DNA of 64,000 bases, taken from the NCBI GenBank assembly GCA_902541215.1, contig CACBPV010000004.1:18569-82568 (forward strand), given 5' to 3'. The DNA is from an uncultured Alphaproteobacteria bacterium (GTDB lineage Bacteria; Pseudomonadota; Alphaproteobacteria; HIMB59; GCA-002718135). Shown here piece by piece: positions 40,337-48,741 of this stretch. The first letter of the stretch is position 1, and each line of letters opens with the position of its first letter. The position numbers and the translations under genes were made by a program. Under the pieces are notes generated by a model. That model ran no database searches. It saw only the letters and a list, made by a program, of their open reading frames with translations, and was not told the DNA's origin.

Positions 40337-41054
40337 AATAATTATTCTTCAACATACACCCTTAGTAACACCTGGATACTTTACAAAGTTAATGAATGAA
40401 GACTTAGTTGAAACAACTATTATTCGATTGGATAAAGGAGAAAAGATTCCTTTTAACCTTGATATATATGATGGAATGATCTGTTTAGGTGGACCAATGG
40501 ATACTTGGATGGAAGAACAATATCCGTGGATGGTTGATGAAAAAAATAAGATAAAGGAATTTGTTCAAAATAATCAGAAACCATATCTCGGAATCTGTTT
40601 AGGCTGTCAATTTTTAGGAGAAATTCTTGGTGGTAAAGTAATTAAATCTAATCCTCCAGAAATCGGTGTGCTAAATATTAATATTTTAGATAATAAAAAA
40701 AAGGATCAACTTTTTCAAAATTTTGATAATCAGATTAAAGCATTACAATGGCATAGTTACGAGTTATGTGAACTAAATAATTCTGATGTTACAATTTTAG
40801 GTTCATCAGATATTACAAAATTTCAAATTTTTAAGTATAAAAACCATGCTTATGGCATTCAATTTCATATGGAAGTAGATGAAAACACAATTATTAAATG
40901 GTCCAAAGTTCCTGAATTAAAAAATGCTTTAGAAAAATATTTAGGCAAAAACTCCACTGATGAACTAGATAAATTGCTTAGAAATAATATTAAAGAAATG
41001 AACTATAATACTAAAAAATTATACGAAAATTTTAAAAATTTAATGACTACCTAG
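40326..41054 (+). CDS. Class I glutamine amidotransferase-like protein (GuaA-N-like)
   Basis: Nucleophile elbow GICLGCQFLGE and HxE (FHMEVD). Confidence 0.75.
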   Translation: MSHKIIILQHTPLVTPGYFTKLMNEDLVETTIIRLDKGEKIPFNLDIYDGMICLGGPMDTWMEEQYPWMVDEKNKIKEFVQNNQKPYLGICLGCQFLGEILGGKVIKSNPPEIGVLNINILDNKKKDQLFQNFDNQIKALQWHSYELCELNNSDVTILGSSDITKFQIFKYKNHAYGIQFHMEVDENTIIKWSKVPELKNALEKYLGKNSTDELDKLLRNNIKEMNYNTKKLYENFKNLMTT

Positions 41055-41088
41055 CTGTTTCGTGTTTAAATAATTATGGAGATTTAAT

Positions 41089-42141
41089 ATGAAAAAAATA
41101 AAAGGCCCTGCAATATTTCTTGCCCAGTTTGTAAGTGATGATGAACCTTTTAACTCATTAGAGTCAATATCAAAATGGGTTTCTAATTTAGGATACAAAG
41201 GCGTACAGATACCTTCATGGGATTCAAGATTAATTGATTTAAAAAAAGCTTCTGAAAGTAAAGATTATTGTGATGATATAAAAGGAATTCTTGAAAATAA
41301 TAATTTACAACTAACAGAGTTATCTACTCATCTTCAAGGTCAGCTTGTTGCTGTTCATCCCGCATACGATATTCCTTTTGATGGATTTGCAGATGAAAAA
41401 GTACGAGGCAATCCAAGCAAAAGAAAAGAATGGGCTATTGATCAATTAATACAAGCAGCAATGGCTTCAAAGAACTTTGGACTAAATGCACACGCAACTT
41501 TTTCTGGTGCACTAGCTTGGCCATATTTATATCCATGGCCTCAAAGACCAGAAGGATTAGTAGATGAAGCATTTAATGAACTTGCAAAAAGATGGAAACC
41601 AATTTTAAATAAATTCGACGAGGCTGGGGTAGATCTTTGTTATGAAATTCATCCTGGTGAAGATCTACATGATGGTATTACTTTTGAAATGTTTTTAGAA
41701 AAGGTTGGCAATCATCCACGATGTAATATGCTTTATGATCCAAGTCATTTTATTCTTCAGCACTTAAATTATTTAGATCATATTGATATCTATCATGACA
41801 AATTAAAAATGTTTCATGTAAAAGATGCTGAATTAAATCCAAGTGGGAAACAAGGTGTATACGGAGGTTTTCAATCATGGATTAATAGAGCAGGCAGATT
41901 TAGATCATTAGGAGACGGTCAGGTTGACTTTAAATCTATTTTTTCAAAACTATCTGGTTATAATTTTGATGGTTGGGCAGTTCTAGAATGGGAATGTTGT
42001 ATAAAAAGTCCTCAACAAGGGGCAGAAGAAGGTGCGAAATTTATAAAAGAACATATCATAGATGTGACTGAAAAAGCATTTGATGATTTTGCTGACTCAG
42101 GAATGGATGAAGAAACTAATAAAAAACTTTTGGGTATTTAG
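41089..42141 (+). CDS. Sugar phosphate isomerase/epimerase (xylose-isomerase-like TIM barrel)
   Basis: AP-endonuclease-2/xylose-isomerase-like pattern (…YEIHPGE…, …FHVKDAE…, …AVLEWE…). 350 aa. GGAG RBS upstream. Confidence 0.75.
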   Translation: MKKIKGPAIFLAQFVSDDEPFNSLESISKWVSNLGYKGVQIPSWDSRLIDLKKASESKDYCDDIKGILENNNLQLTELSTHLQGQLVAVHPAYDIPFDGFADEKVRGNPSKRKEWAIDQLIQAAMASKNFGLNAHATFSGALAWPYLYPWPQRPEGLVDEAFNELAKRWKPILNKFDEAGVDLCYEIHPGEDLHDGITFEMFLEKVGNHPRCNMLYDPSHFILQHLNYLDHIDIYHDKLKMFHVKDAELNPSGKQGVYGGFQSWINRAGRFRSLGDGQVDFKSIFSKLSGYNFDGWAVLEWECCIKSPQQGAEEGAKFIKEHIIDVTEKAFDDFADSGMDEETNKKLLGI

Positions 42142-42153
42142 GAGGGAATTTCA

Positions 42154-43305
42154 ATGACAAAAAGATTAAAATTAGGAATGATAGGTGGTGGCCAAGGAGC
42201 TTTTATAGGAGCTGTTCATCGTCTATGTGCAAGAATGGATGATAAATATGAATTTGTTGCTGGTTGTTTATCTTCAACCCCTGAAAAAGCTGCAAAATCT
42301 GCTGAAGAAATTGGTCTCGATCCTTCAAGAAGTTACCCTGATTTTAAAACTATGGCTGAGGAAGAAGCTAAAAGAGATGATGGTATTGATGTAGTATCTA
42401 TTGTTACACCAAATCATATGCATGCTGCACCAGCAATTGAATTTCTAAATAAAAATATTCATGTCATTTGTGACAAACCTATGACCTCTACAATGGAAGA
42501 TGCTCATAAATTAGTTGATGCAGTTTCTAAATCTGATGCTCATTTTTTCTTAACTCATAATTATTCTGGCTATCCAGTCGTTAGAGGTATGAGATCACTG
42601 ATTGAACATGGAGCACTTGGAAAAATAAGAATTGTTAAAGGATCTTATTTGCAAGGATGGCTCGGATCAAAAGAGGAAGATTCCGGTTCAAATAAACAAG
42701 CAGAATGGAGAACAGATCCCTCTAGAAGTGGAGCTGCAGGTGGTGTAGGTGATATTGGGAGTCACACTATGCATTTATTAGAATTTATAACTCAATTAAA
42801 ATTACAATCAGTTAGTGCAGATCTTACAACTTTTGTTGAAGGAAGAAAATTAGATGACGATGCATCGATTATGATAAGATTAAATAACGGAGCTAAGGGC
42901 TCATTATCTATCTCTCAAGTTGCGACAGGAGAAGAAAATAATTTTACTGTAGCTATTTATGGAGACAAGGGAGCATTAAAATGGAGTCAAGAAAATCCAA
43001 ATTATGCAACCTTTAGTCAAGTAGGAGAACCTAGCCAAATAATAACAAGAGGTGGTTCTATCAAAGTTGAGGGAACTGAAGCTAACGTTAGAATCCCTGC
43101 TGGTCATCCAGAAGGTTATCTTGAAGCATTTGCACAAATTTATTCAGATGCTGCCGATGTTATACAAAATAAGAAAAATAAGGAAGAATTATTAAAGATA
43201 CTTCCAAACATTGATGATGGTTTGCACATTATGAAATTCATAAATGCAAGTGTCGAATCTAGTTCAAAAGACTCAAAGTGGATAAATTTATCTGAAATTA
43301 TATGA
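42154..43305 (+). CDS. Gfo/Idh/MocA-family oxidoreductase
   Basis: Rossmann LKLGMIGGGQGAFIG and the CDKP motif (VICDKPM). AGGAGGG RBS upstream. Confidence 0.85.
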   Translation: MTKRLKLGMIGGGQGAFIGAVHRLCARMDDKYEFVAGCLSSTPEKAAKSAEEIGLDPSRSYPDFKTMAEEEAKRDDGIDVVSIVTPNHMHAAPAIEFLNKNIHVICDKPMTSTMEDAHKLVDAVSKSDAHFFLTHNYSGYPVVRGMRSLIEHGALGKIRIVKGSYLQGWLGSKEEDSGSNKQAEWRTDPSRSGAAGGVGDIGSHTMHLLEFITQLKLQSVSADLTTFVEGRKLDDDASIMIRLNNGAKGSLSISQVATGEENNFTVAIYGDKGALKWSQENPNYATFSQVGEPSQIITRGGSIKVEGTEANVRIPAGHPEGYLEAFAQIYSDAADVIQNKKNKEELLKILPNIDDGLHIMKFINASVESSSKDSKWINLSEII

Positions 43306-43410
43306 ATTTTTCCCTTGTTTTCTTGTATTTTTTTATTCATGCAAAAAATGCATAGCAAACTTTACTTAAATATTCTTAATAAATTTTAATAATAAAGTAA
43401 ACCAACATTA

Positions 43411-43461
43411 CGTTCATCATTCTTATTGAATGACGGAAGTAGACGAAAGTCGAAGGAACGC
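43411..43461 (+). promoter_or_regulatory. Glutamine riboswitch aptamer (glnA RNA motif), copy 1
   Basis: Sequence CGTTCATCATTCTTATTGAATGACGGAAGTAGACGAAAGTCGAAGGAACGC. P1 is CGTTC/GAACG and P2 is TCATTC/GAATGA. The conserved core ACGGAAGTAG is present. P3 is GAC-GAAA-GTC, followed by GAAGGAACGC. Confidence 0.8.
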
Positions 43462-43478
43462 ATGCAAAGTTATAAAAT

Positions 43479-43528
43479 CGTTCAATTTGCAGTTTGCGAA
43501 TCGGAAGTAGGTTAAACCGAAGGAACGC
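43479..43528 (+). promoter_or_regulatory. Glutamine riboswitch aptamer (glnA RNA motif), copy 2
   Basis: Sequence CGTTCAATTTGCAGTTTGCGAATCGGAAGTAGGTTAAACCGAAGGAACGC. It has the same invariant strands as copy 1. P2 (ATTTGC/GCGAAT) and P3 (GGT-TAA-ACC) differ in sequence but remain paired. Confidence 0.8.
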
Positions 43529-43620
43529 GGATCTTAGTAATTAATTTCCATAGCTAAGCATGAAAAGTAACACATGACTCAGTGTGAGCCATGTACTGTG
43601 AAATTTATAATGGAGGATTA

Positions 43621-44907
43621 ATGTTAAAAAAATCTATATATTTCATTGGCATTGTAACTGTCTTCTTACTTTTTAGCTCTTACGCAAGAGCAGAGGTAGA
43701 TGGTGAAGTGCAATACATATTAAATACTTTCCTATTTCTTGTATCTGGGTTCTTGGTCATGTGGATGGCAGCAGGATTTGCAATGCTTGAATCAGGACTT
43801 GTTACATCCAAAAGTGTAGCAACAATTGCAGCTAAAAACATCGGCTTGTATTCAATTGCAGGAATAATGTTTTGGTTAGTCGGATACAATATGGCTTATG
43901 GTATACCCGCTGGTGGATTTATTGGATCTCCAATTCCTTGGAGTGATGGTAGCGCTGTCGATACAGGTTATTCAGATGGTTCTGACTGGTTCTTTCAGAT
44001 GGTATTTTGTGCAACAACTTGCTCAATTGTATCTGGAACACTAGCTGAAAGAATTAAAATTTGGCCATTCTTTATTTTTTGTGCTTTATTAACTGGGTTC
44101 ATTTATCCAATCGAAATGGGTTGGCAGTGGGGCGGAGGATACTTAGCGGAAGCTGGTTTCTCAGATTTTGCTGGTTCAACTCTAGTACATAGTGCAGGAG
44201 CGGCAGCAGCACTTGCTGGTGCAATTTTATTAGGCCCAAGATTAGGAAGATTCACTGATAGTGGTGAAGCAGCTCCAATGGAGCCTTTTGCGAATTCTTC
44301 AATACCTCTTGCAACTCTTGGTGTATTTATTCTATGGCTTGGATGGTTCGGATTTAATGGTGGATCTCAACTTGCAATGGGTACATTTGATGATGTTACA
44401 GCAGTAGCAACAATATATATTAATACTAACTTGGCAGCTGGTGCAGGTGTAATGGCTTGTGCAGTAATTTCAAGACTAGTAACTGGTAAAACAGATGTTG
44501 TTATGATGCTTAACGGAGCATTAGGTGGTTTAGTAGCAATTACTGCAGAACCATTAGCTCCATCACCAATCCTAGCAATAATCATTGGTGCAGTTGGTGG
44601 TTTAATTGTCTTCTACGGTACTAGACTTTTAATATCTCTTAAAATTGATGATGTTGTTGGAGCAATTCCTGTACACGGTTTTGCTGGAATTTTTGGAACA
44701 TTAGTTGTTCCAATTTCAAATAGCGCAGCAAGTTTTGGAGCTCAACTTTACGGTATAATAGCAATTAACGTTTTCGTTTTTGTTGTATCATTTATTATTT
44801 GGTACATCATGAAAATGCTCTTTGGTATTAGAATAAGTGAAGAAGCTGAAAAACTTGGAACAGATAAATCTGAAGTAGGCGTAATGGCTTACAGCATCAG
44901 AGACTAA
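43621..44907 (+). CDS. amt: Ammonium transporter (Amt family)
   Basis: ATG at 43621 follows GGAGGA. Signal peptide MLKKSIYFIGIVTVFLLFSSYARA/E. Amt motifs AAGFAMLESGLV, FAGSTLVHSAGAAAALAGAILLGPR, DDVVGAIPVHGFAGIFG. Confidence 0.94.
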   Translation: MLKKSIYFIGIVTVFLLFSSYARAEVDGEVQYILNTFLFLVSGFLVMWMAAGFAMLESGLVTSKSVATIAAKNIGLYSIAGIMFWLVGYNMAYGIPAGGFIGSPIPWSDGSAVDTGYSDGSDWFFQMVFCATTCSIVSGTLAERIKIWPFFIFCALLTGFIYPIEMGWQWGGGYLAEAGFSDFAGSTLVHSAGAAAALAGAILLGPRLGRFTDSGEAAPMEPFANSSIPLATLGVFILWLGWFGFNGGSQLAMGTFDDVTAVATIYINTNLAAGAGVMACAVISRLVTGKTDVVMMLNGALGGLVAITAEPLAPSPILAIIIGAVGGLIVFYGTRLLISLKIDDVVGAIPVHGFAGIFGTLVVPISNSAASFGAQLYGIIAINVFVFVVSFIIWYIMKMLFGIRISEEAEKLGTDKSEVGVMAYSIRD

Positions 44908-44957
44908 TGAATTTAGTGATTAGCACATCAACTCCTTATAGTTGGTCACTAAAAAAT

Positions 44958-44977
44958 GGGAGAGCATTTGCTCTCCC
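44958..44977. terminator. GC-rich hairpin downstream of amt (possible terminator)
   Basis: GGGAGAGC-ATTT-GCTCTCCC, an 8-bp GC-rich stem in a very AT-rich spacer. The A-tract lies upstream, not downstream, on the + strand, so the T-tract exists only in the minus orientation. Confidence 0.4.
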
Positions 44978-45007
44978 AAACCTCTTAAACATTAGCGGGA
45001 GGGTCAA

Positions 45008-45382
45008 ATGACTGAAACAGAAATTATTAAAGAAAAAAAAAGAAACATATATTCAAGTTTTTTTTCAGAAGATTATGTTTCAAAATTTTTATTTAAATCA
45101 ATTTTGCATCACGTTATTTCTCTAGAGATCTATGAAAATAATAGATTAAGTGGAATTTCATTTGAAACAATTTGTGCAAATATACCTAAGTCAATTGGTT
45201 CTAGATCTTCTATTCAATCAATTTTAAACGAAGCCTTAGAAAAAAATATTTTCGTAAAAGAACAAAGTAAAACTGATAAACGAATTAAGAATTACTACTT
45301 AAGTAATAATTTTTTTAATATAATTAACTCTTGGTTACAAAAAGAGGGTTCATTTTTTAGTAAGTTGAGTATAGAAAATTAA
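45008..45382 (+). CDS. Hypothetical 124-aa protein, winged-helix (MarR-like) DNA-binding fold suspected
   Basis: Strong SD GGGAGGG 6 nt upstream. The pattern ISFETICANIPKSIGSRSSIQSILNEALEKNIFVKEQSKTDKRIKNYYLS reads as helix-turn-helix plus a beta wing. No family assigned. Confidence 0.5.
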   Translation: MTETEIIKEKKRNIYSSFFSEDYVSKFLFKSILHHVISLEIYENNRLSGISFETICANIPKSIGSRSSIQSILNEALEKNIFVKEQSKTDKRIKNYYLSNNFFNIINSWLQKEGSFFSKLSIEN

Positions 45383-45412
45383 TTTATTTCAATCAATCAG
45401 AGGAAATTATAT

Positions 45413-45604
45413 ATGAAAACATCATTTATTATTACTGGAAAGAAACATACTTTGAAGTATGAAAGAAAAATGCCTGAAAAAGAAGTAATTAAAATGAAAT
45501 CATTTGTTACTAATAAAGGTGTTAAACTTACAAAAACTACAAAGTTTAAAATAAAAAAAGTTTTAGAAAAAGATAAGGAAAGGGTTTTTGAAATTGTTCT
45601 ATAA
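45413..45604 (+). CDS. Hypothetical 63-aa lysine-rich protein
   Basis: AGAGGA SD-like element upstream. The ORF fills the gap up to the convergent yqgE stop with zero spacing. No motif recognised. Confidence 0.4.
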   Translation: MKTSFIITGKKHTLKYERKMPEKEVIKMKSFVTNKGVKLTKTTKFKIKKVLEKDKERVFEIVL

Positions 45605-46156
45605 TTAACAACTACCCGAAAATATTGAAAGTTTACTTGTATCTATTCCTAACAAATTAAATGCATCATTCCATTTATTGTTAACTTTTTCGTCAAAAAT
45701 AAAATCACTATTTGTTTTTAGCGTCATCCAACTATTTGACGCTAATTCCTTTTCAATTTGTCCTGGACCCCATCCTGCATATCCAAGAGCTAGAATACTA
45801 TTCTTTGGACCATTACCCTTAGAAAGGTCTTCAAAAAATTCTGAAGTACTAGTCAACGCTACCCCTTTATCTATCGTTAGGGTTTCTTTTTGAATTACTT
45901 CGTCAGAATGTAAAACGAACCCCCTCCCACTTTCAACAGGACCACCATAGCGAATGTAAAGTTTCTTATCTTCTAAAGGCTTGTCTATACCTAGTTGTTC
46001 AAGCAAATCGGGGTAAAGATCATAATCAATTTTTTTGTTGATTATTATACCCATAGCCCCATCTTTTGAGTGCGCACACATATAAATTACCGTTTTTTCA
46101 AATCTATCATCTTCTAATGAAGGCATTGAAATTAAGAACTGACCAGTTAAATTCAT
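45605..46156 (-). CDS. YqgE/AlgH family protein (UPF0301)
   Basis: MNLTGQFLISMPSLEDDRFEKTVIYMCAHSKDGAMGIIINK, GGPVE and GYAGWGPGQIEKE are family hallmarks. Confidence 0.87.
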   Translation of the reverse strand: MNLTGQFLISMPSLEDDRFEKTVIYMCAHSKDGAMGIIINKKIDYDLYPDLLEQLGIDKPLEDKKLYIRYGGPVESGRGFVLHSDEVIQKETLTIDKGVALTSTSEFFEDLSKGNGPKNSILALGYAGWGPGQIEKELASNSWMTLKTNSDFIFDEKVNNKWNDAFNLLGIDTSKLSIFSGSC

Positions 46157-46213
46157 ATAGTATATATATTCGCGTTAATTTATATTTTTCAATATTGTAT
46201 TGATTTATTTTAT

Positions 46214-48268
46214 ATGAACAAGGTAATAAAATTTATAAATCTATTAAAAATTGCAATAATATTTGCTTTTGGACTATTTAGCACACCTGGATATTCCTTA
46301 TCTTCAGATTGGGCTATTAGTGAAAAATCAAAAGTTAGATTAATTTCACCAATAACCTCATCAAATAATAATCAATTAATTTTAGCATTAGAATACGAAC
46401 TAGAAGATGAATGGAAAACATACTGGAAATCGCCTGGCGGAGGAGGTTTTCCTCAAAAAATTATATGGAATAATTCTTCAAACGTTAAAGATATAAAAAT
46501 ACTATGGCCAGAGCCAATAGAATTTGAAATACTAGGTTTAAAATCAATTGGATACAAAGATAAAGTTATCTTTCCTTTGATTGTAGATCTTGAAGATAAT
46601 CAAAAACAAACAAATTTAAATTTAAATATTAATTATTTAGTTTGTAAAGATGTTTGCATTCCAGGTAGCGCAGATATTTTTCTAAATATACCATCTGGAG
46701 ATGGTGATTATACAGATTATTTTTTTGAAATTGAAAAAGTTCTATCTACTACATTAAATAATAATATTGATTTTACACCTATTTCTAATTTCTCATTTAA
46801 GGCTATTGAAAATAACAATAGTGTTATTTTTGATATTGAAATATCAACTACCTCTTTTTTTGATGATCCAAAAATTTTTATTCACACACCATTTGGATTA
46901 CCTGTTGTAGAACCAATAAATAATTATTCCCTTGATTTCCAAAAATTGAATACCTCTTTATATTACAGTGCCGATCAATTTAATGAAAAAAAATTTCCAA
47001 TAGAAATATTTTTTTATGATAATAATCACAGCTTTAAAATTGAAAAAAGTGTAGAAATTGAAAATATAGATAAAAATATTACTATAAATACTAGTCTTAT
47101 ATACTTACTCTTAATTTCACTAATAGGTGGTTTTATTTTGAATCTTATGCCATGTGTTTTTCCAGTATTATCGTTAAAATTATTATCTGTAATTAATACT
47201 GAAGATAAAAAGATAAAAAGTAGCTTTTTTATAACCGTATTGGGTATTATCACTTCTTTTCTAATACTTGGTGCATTTTTTGCTATCCTGAAACAAATCA
47301 ATATTTCAATATCTTGGGGTATGCAATTTCAAGAACCCTACTTTTTAATGTTTATTTTGATAATTATATCAATGTTCTTCTTGAACACACTTGGTCTTTT
47401 CCAAATAAATTTACCAAGTTTTTTATCTTCATCAAAAATTTTAAATTCAGGAAATAGTTTTTATTCAAAGAATTTTTTTAATGGTTTTTTTGCTACACTA
47501 CTTGCTACACCATGTTCTGCACCTTATTTAGGAACAGCTGTCACAGCTGCATTTACTCAATCAACAACATATCTATTTTTAATATTCTTTTTTATGGGTG
47601 TAGGAATGAGCATACCTTATTTGGTTATAGCTTTTTTTCCAAGCCTAATTTCATTCTTACCTCGATCAGGAAAATGGATGATTTATTTTAAATATTTTTT
47701 ATCTATTTTATTGTTAATAACAATAGTTTGGCTATTAAGTATATTGAATAATTATTTTAATTATTTCTTTTTATTTACATTTGCAGTTTTATTAACATTA
47801 ATATCAGCAATTTTAAAATTTAGAATTTATCAAATTCCCTTAATTATTTCTTTAATAATTATTTTCTTTCTAACTCCATATCTAAATTCTTTTCAAAAAA
47901 TTAATGAAGAAAATTATAAAAGTAACGATTGGTTAGATTTTAATTCCAAAAGTATTCCTGAAATAATTGCTAATAATGAAATTGTTTTTTTAGATATAAC
48001 AGCAGATTGGTGCATTACCTGTAAGTTTAATAAAATTAATGTTTTAAACTCAAAAACAATTTCATATTTTTTTGATTCGCAAGAAGTAACATTAATAAAA
48101 GCTGATTGGACACAACCAAATGAAAAAATAAATAAATTTTTAAAAAAATATAATAAATTTGGAATACCTTTTAATGCATTTTATTCTTCGAAGTTTCCAG
48201 AAGGTATAGTAATGAATGAAATATTGACTGAGAAACAAATATTTGAAACCTATAATAAAGTTAAATAA
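46214..48268 (+). CDS. DsbD/ScsB-family thiol:disulfide interchange (protein-disulfide reductase) membrane protein
   Basis: Signal peptide. N-terminal periplasmic domain with YLVCKDVCIP. CcdA-like core with LMPCVFPVLSLK and TPCSAPYLG. C-terminal thioredoxin WCITCK. Confidence 0.82.
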   Translation: MNKVIKFINLLKIAIIFAFGLFSTPGYSLSSDWAISEKSKVRLISPITSSNNNQLILALEYELEDEWKTYWKSPGGGGFPQKIIWNNSSNVKDIKILWPEPIEFEILGLKSIGYKDKVIFPLIVDLEDNQKQTNLNLNINYLVCKDVCIPGSADIFLNIPSGDGDYTDYFFEIEKVLSTTLNNNIDFTPISNFSFKAIENNNSVIFDIEISTTSFFDDPKIFIHTPFGLPVVEPINNYSLDFQKLNTSLYYSADQFNEKKFPIEIFFYDNNHSFKIEKSVEIENIDKNITINTSLIYLLLISLIGGFILNLMPCVFPVLSLKLLSVINTEDKKIKSSFFITVLGIITSFLILGAFFAILKQINISISWGMQFQEPYFLMFILIIISMFFLNTLGLFQINLPSFLSSSKILNSGNSFYSKNFFNGFFATLLATPCSAPYLGTAVTAAFTQSTTYLFLIFFFMGVGMSIPYLVIAFFPSLISFLPRSGKWMIYFKYFLSILLLITIVWLLSILNNYFNYFFLFTFAVLLTLISAILKFRIYQIPLIISLIIIFFLTPYLNSFQKINEENYKSNDWLDFNSKSIPEIIANNEIVFLDITADWCITCKFNKINVLNSKTISYFFDSQEVTLIKADWTQPNEKINKFLKKYNKFGIPFNAFYSSKFPEGIVMNEILTEKQIFETYNKVK

Positions 48269-48273
48269 AAAAC

Positions 48274-48741
48274 ATGGTTATTGATGATTTTAAAGTTCCT
48301 ATTATTAAAAAAGGTATTTCATCTATATCTTCATTAAAAAATGAATTTATAAATAAAAAAAATATTCTATTTGGTGTTCCGGGTGCATTCACGCCAACTT
48401 GTTCTGAGAAACATCTTCCAGGTTACATAAAATTATATAATTCATTTATAAATAAAAAAATTGATGGCATTTACTGTCTATCTGTAAATGATGAACATGT
48501 GATGAAATCTTGGTTATTAAGTTATACTGATGGAGAAAAGATCAATGGAATTGCAGACGGAAATGCTGAGATTACAAAATATTTTGACCTGCTATCTGAT
48601 AAGACAAAAAATTATATGGGCTTTAGGTGTCGAAGGTTTGCCATGATAATTGAGAATAACGTGATTATAAACAAGTTTATTGAAAATGATGGTGAATATA
48701 ATGTTAGTTCAGCTGAATATATTTTAGAACAAATCCAATGA
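48274..48741 (+). CDS. Peroxiredoxin (Prx5 type)
   Basis: PGAFTPTCSEKHLPGY peroxidatic-Cys motif. 155 aa. Confidence 0.87.
   Translation: MVIDDFKVPIIKKGISSISSLKNEFINKKNILFGVPGAFTPTCSEKHLPGYIKLYNSFINKKIDGIYCLSVNDEHVMKSWLLSYTDGEKINGIADGNAEITKYFDLLSDKTKNYMGFRCRRFAMIIENNVIINKFIENDGEYNVSSAEYILEQIQ

Noticed and set aside
43339-43353. Small palindrome ATGCA-AAAAA-TGCAT upstream of the riboswitches
   Set aside because: It has only a 5-bp stem with no U-tract. That is too weak to call a terminator or operator, and nothing similar recurs in the window.
43591-43620. In-frame upstream ATG for amt (MYCEIYNGGL…)
   Set aside because: The GGAGGA Shine-Dalgarno lies inside this extension and serves the ATG at 43621, from which a normal signal peptide begins. 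The extension would bury that signal peptide.
43680-44585. Two minus-strand ORFs (69 and 72 aa) inside amt
   Set aside because: They are antisense to a gene with unmistakable Amt motifs. Their Ala/Thr/Ile-rich translations simply mirror the sense-strand Gly/Ala codons.
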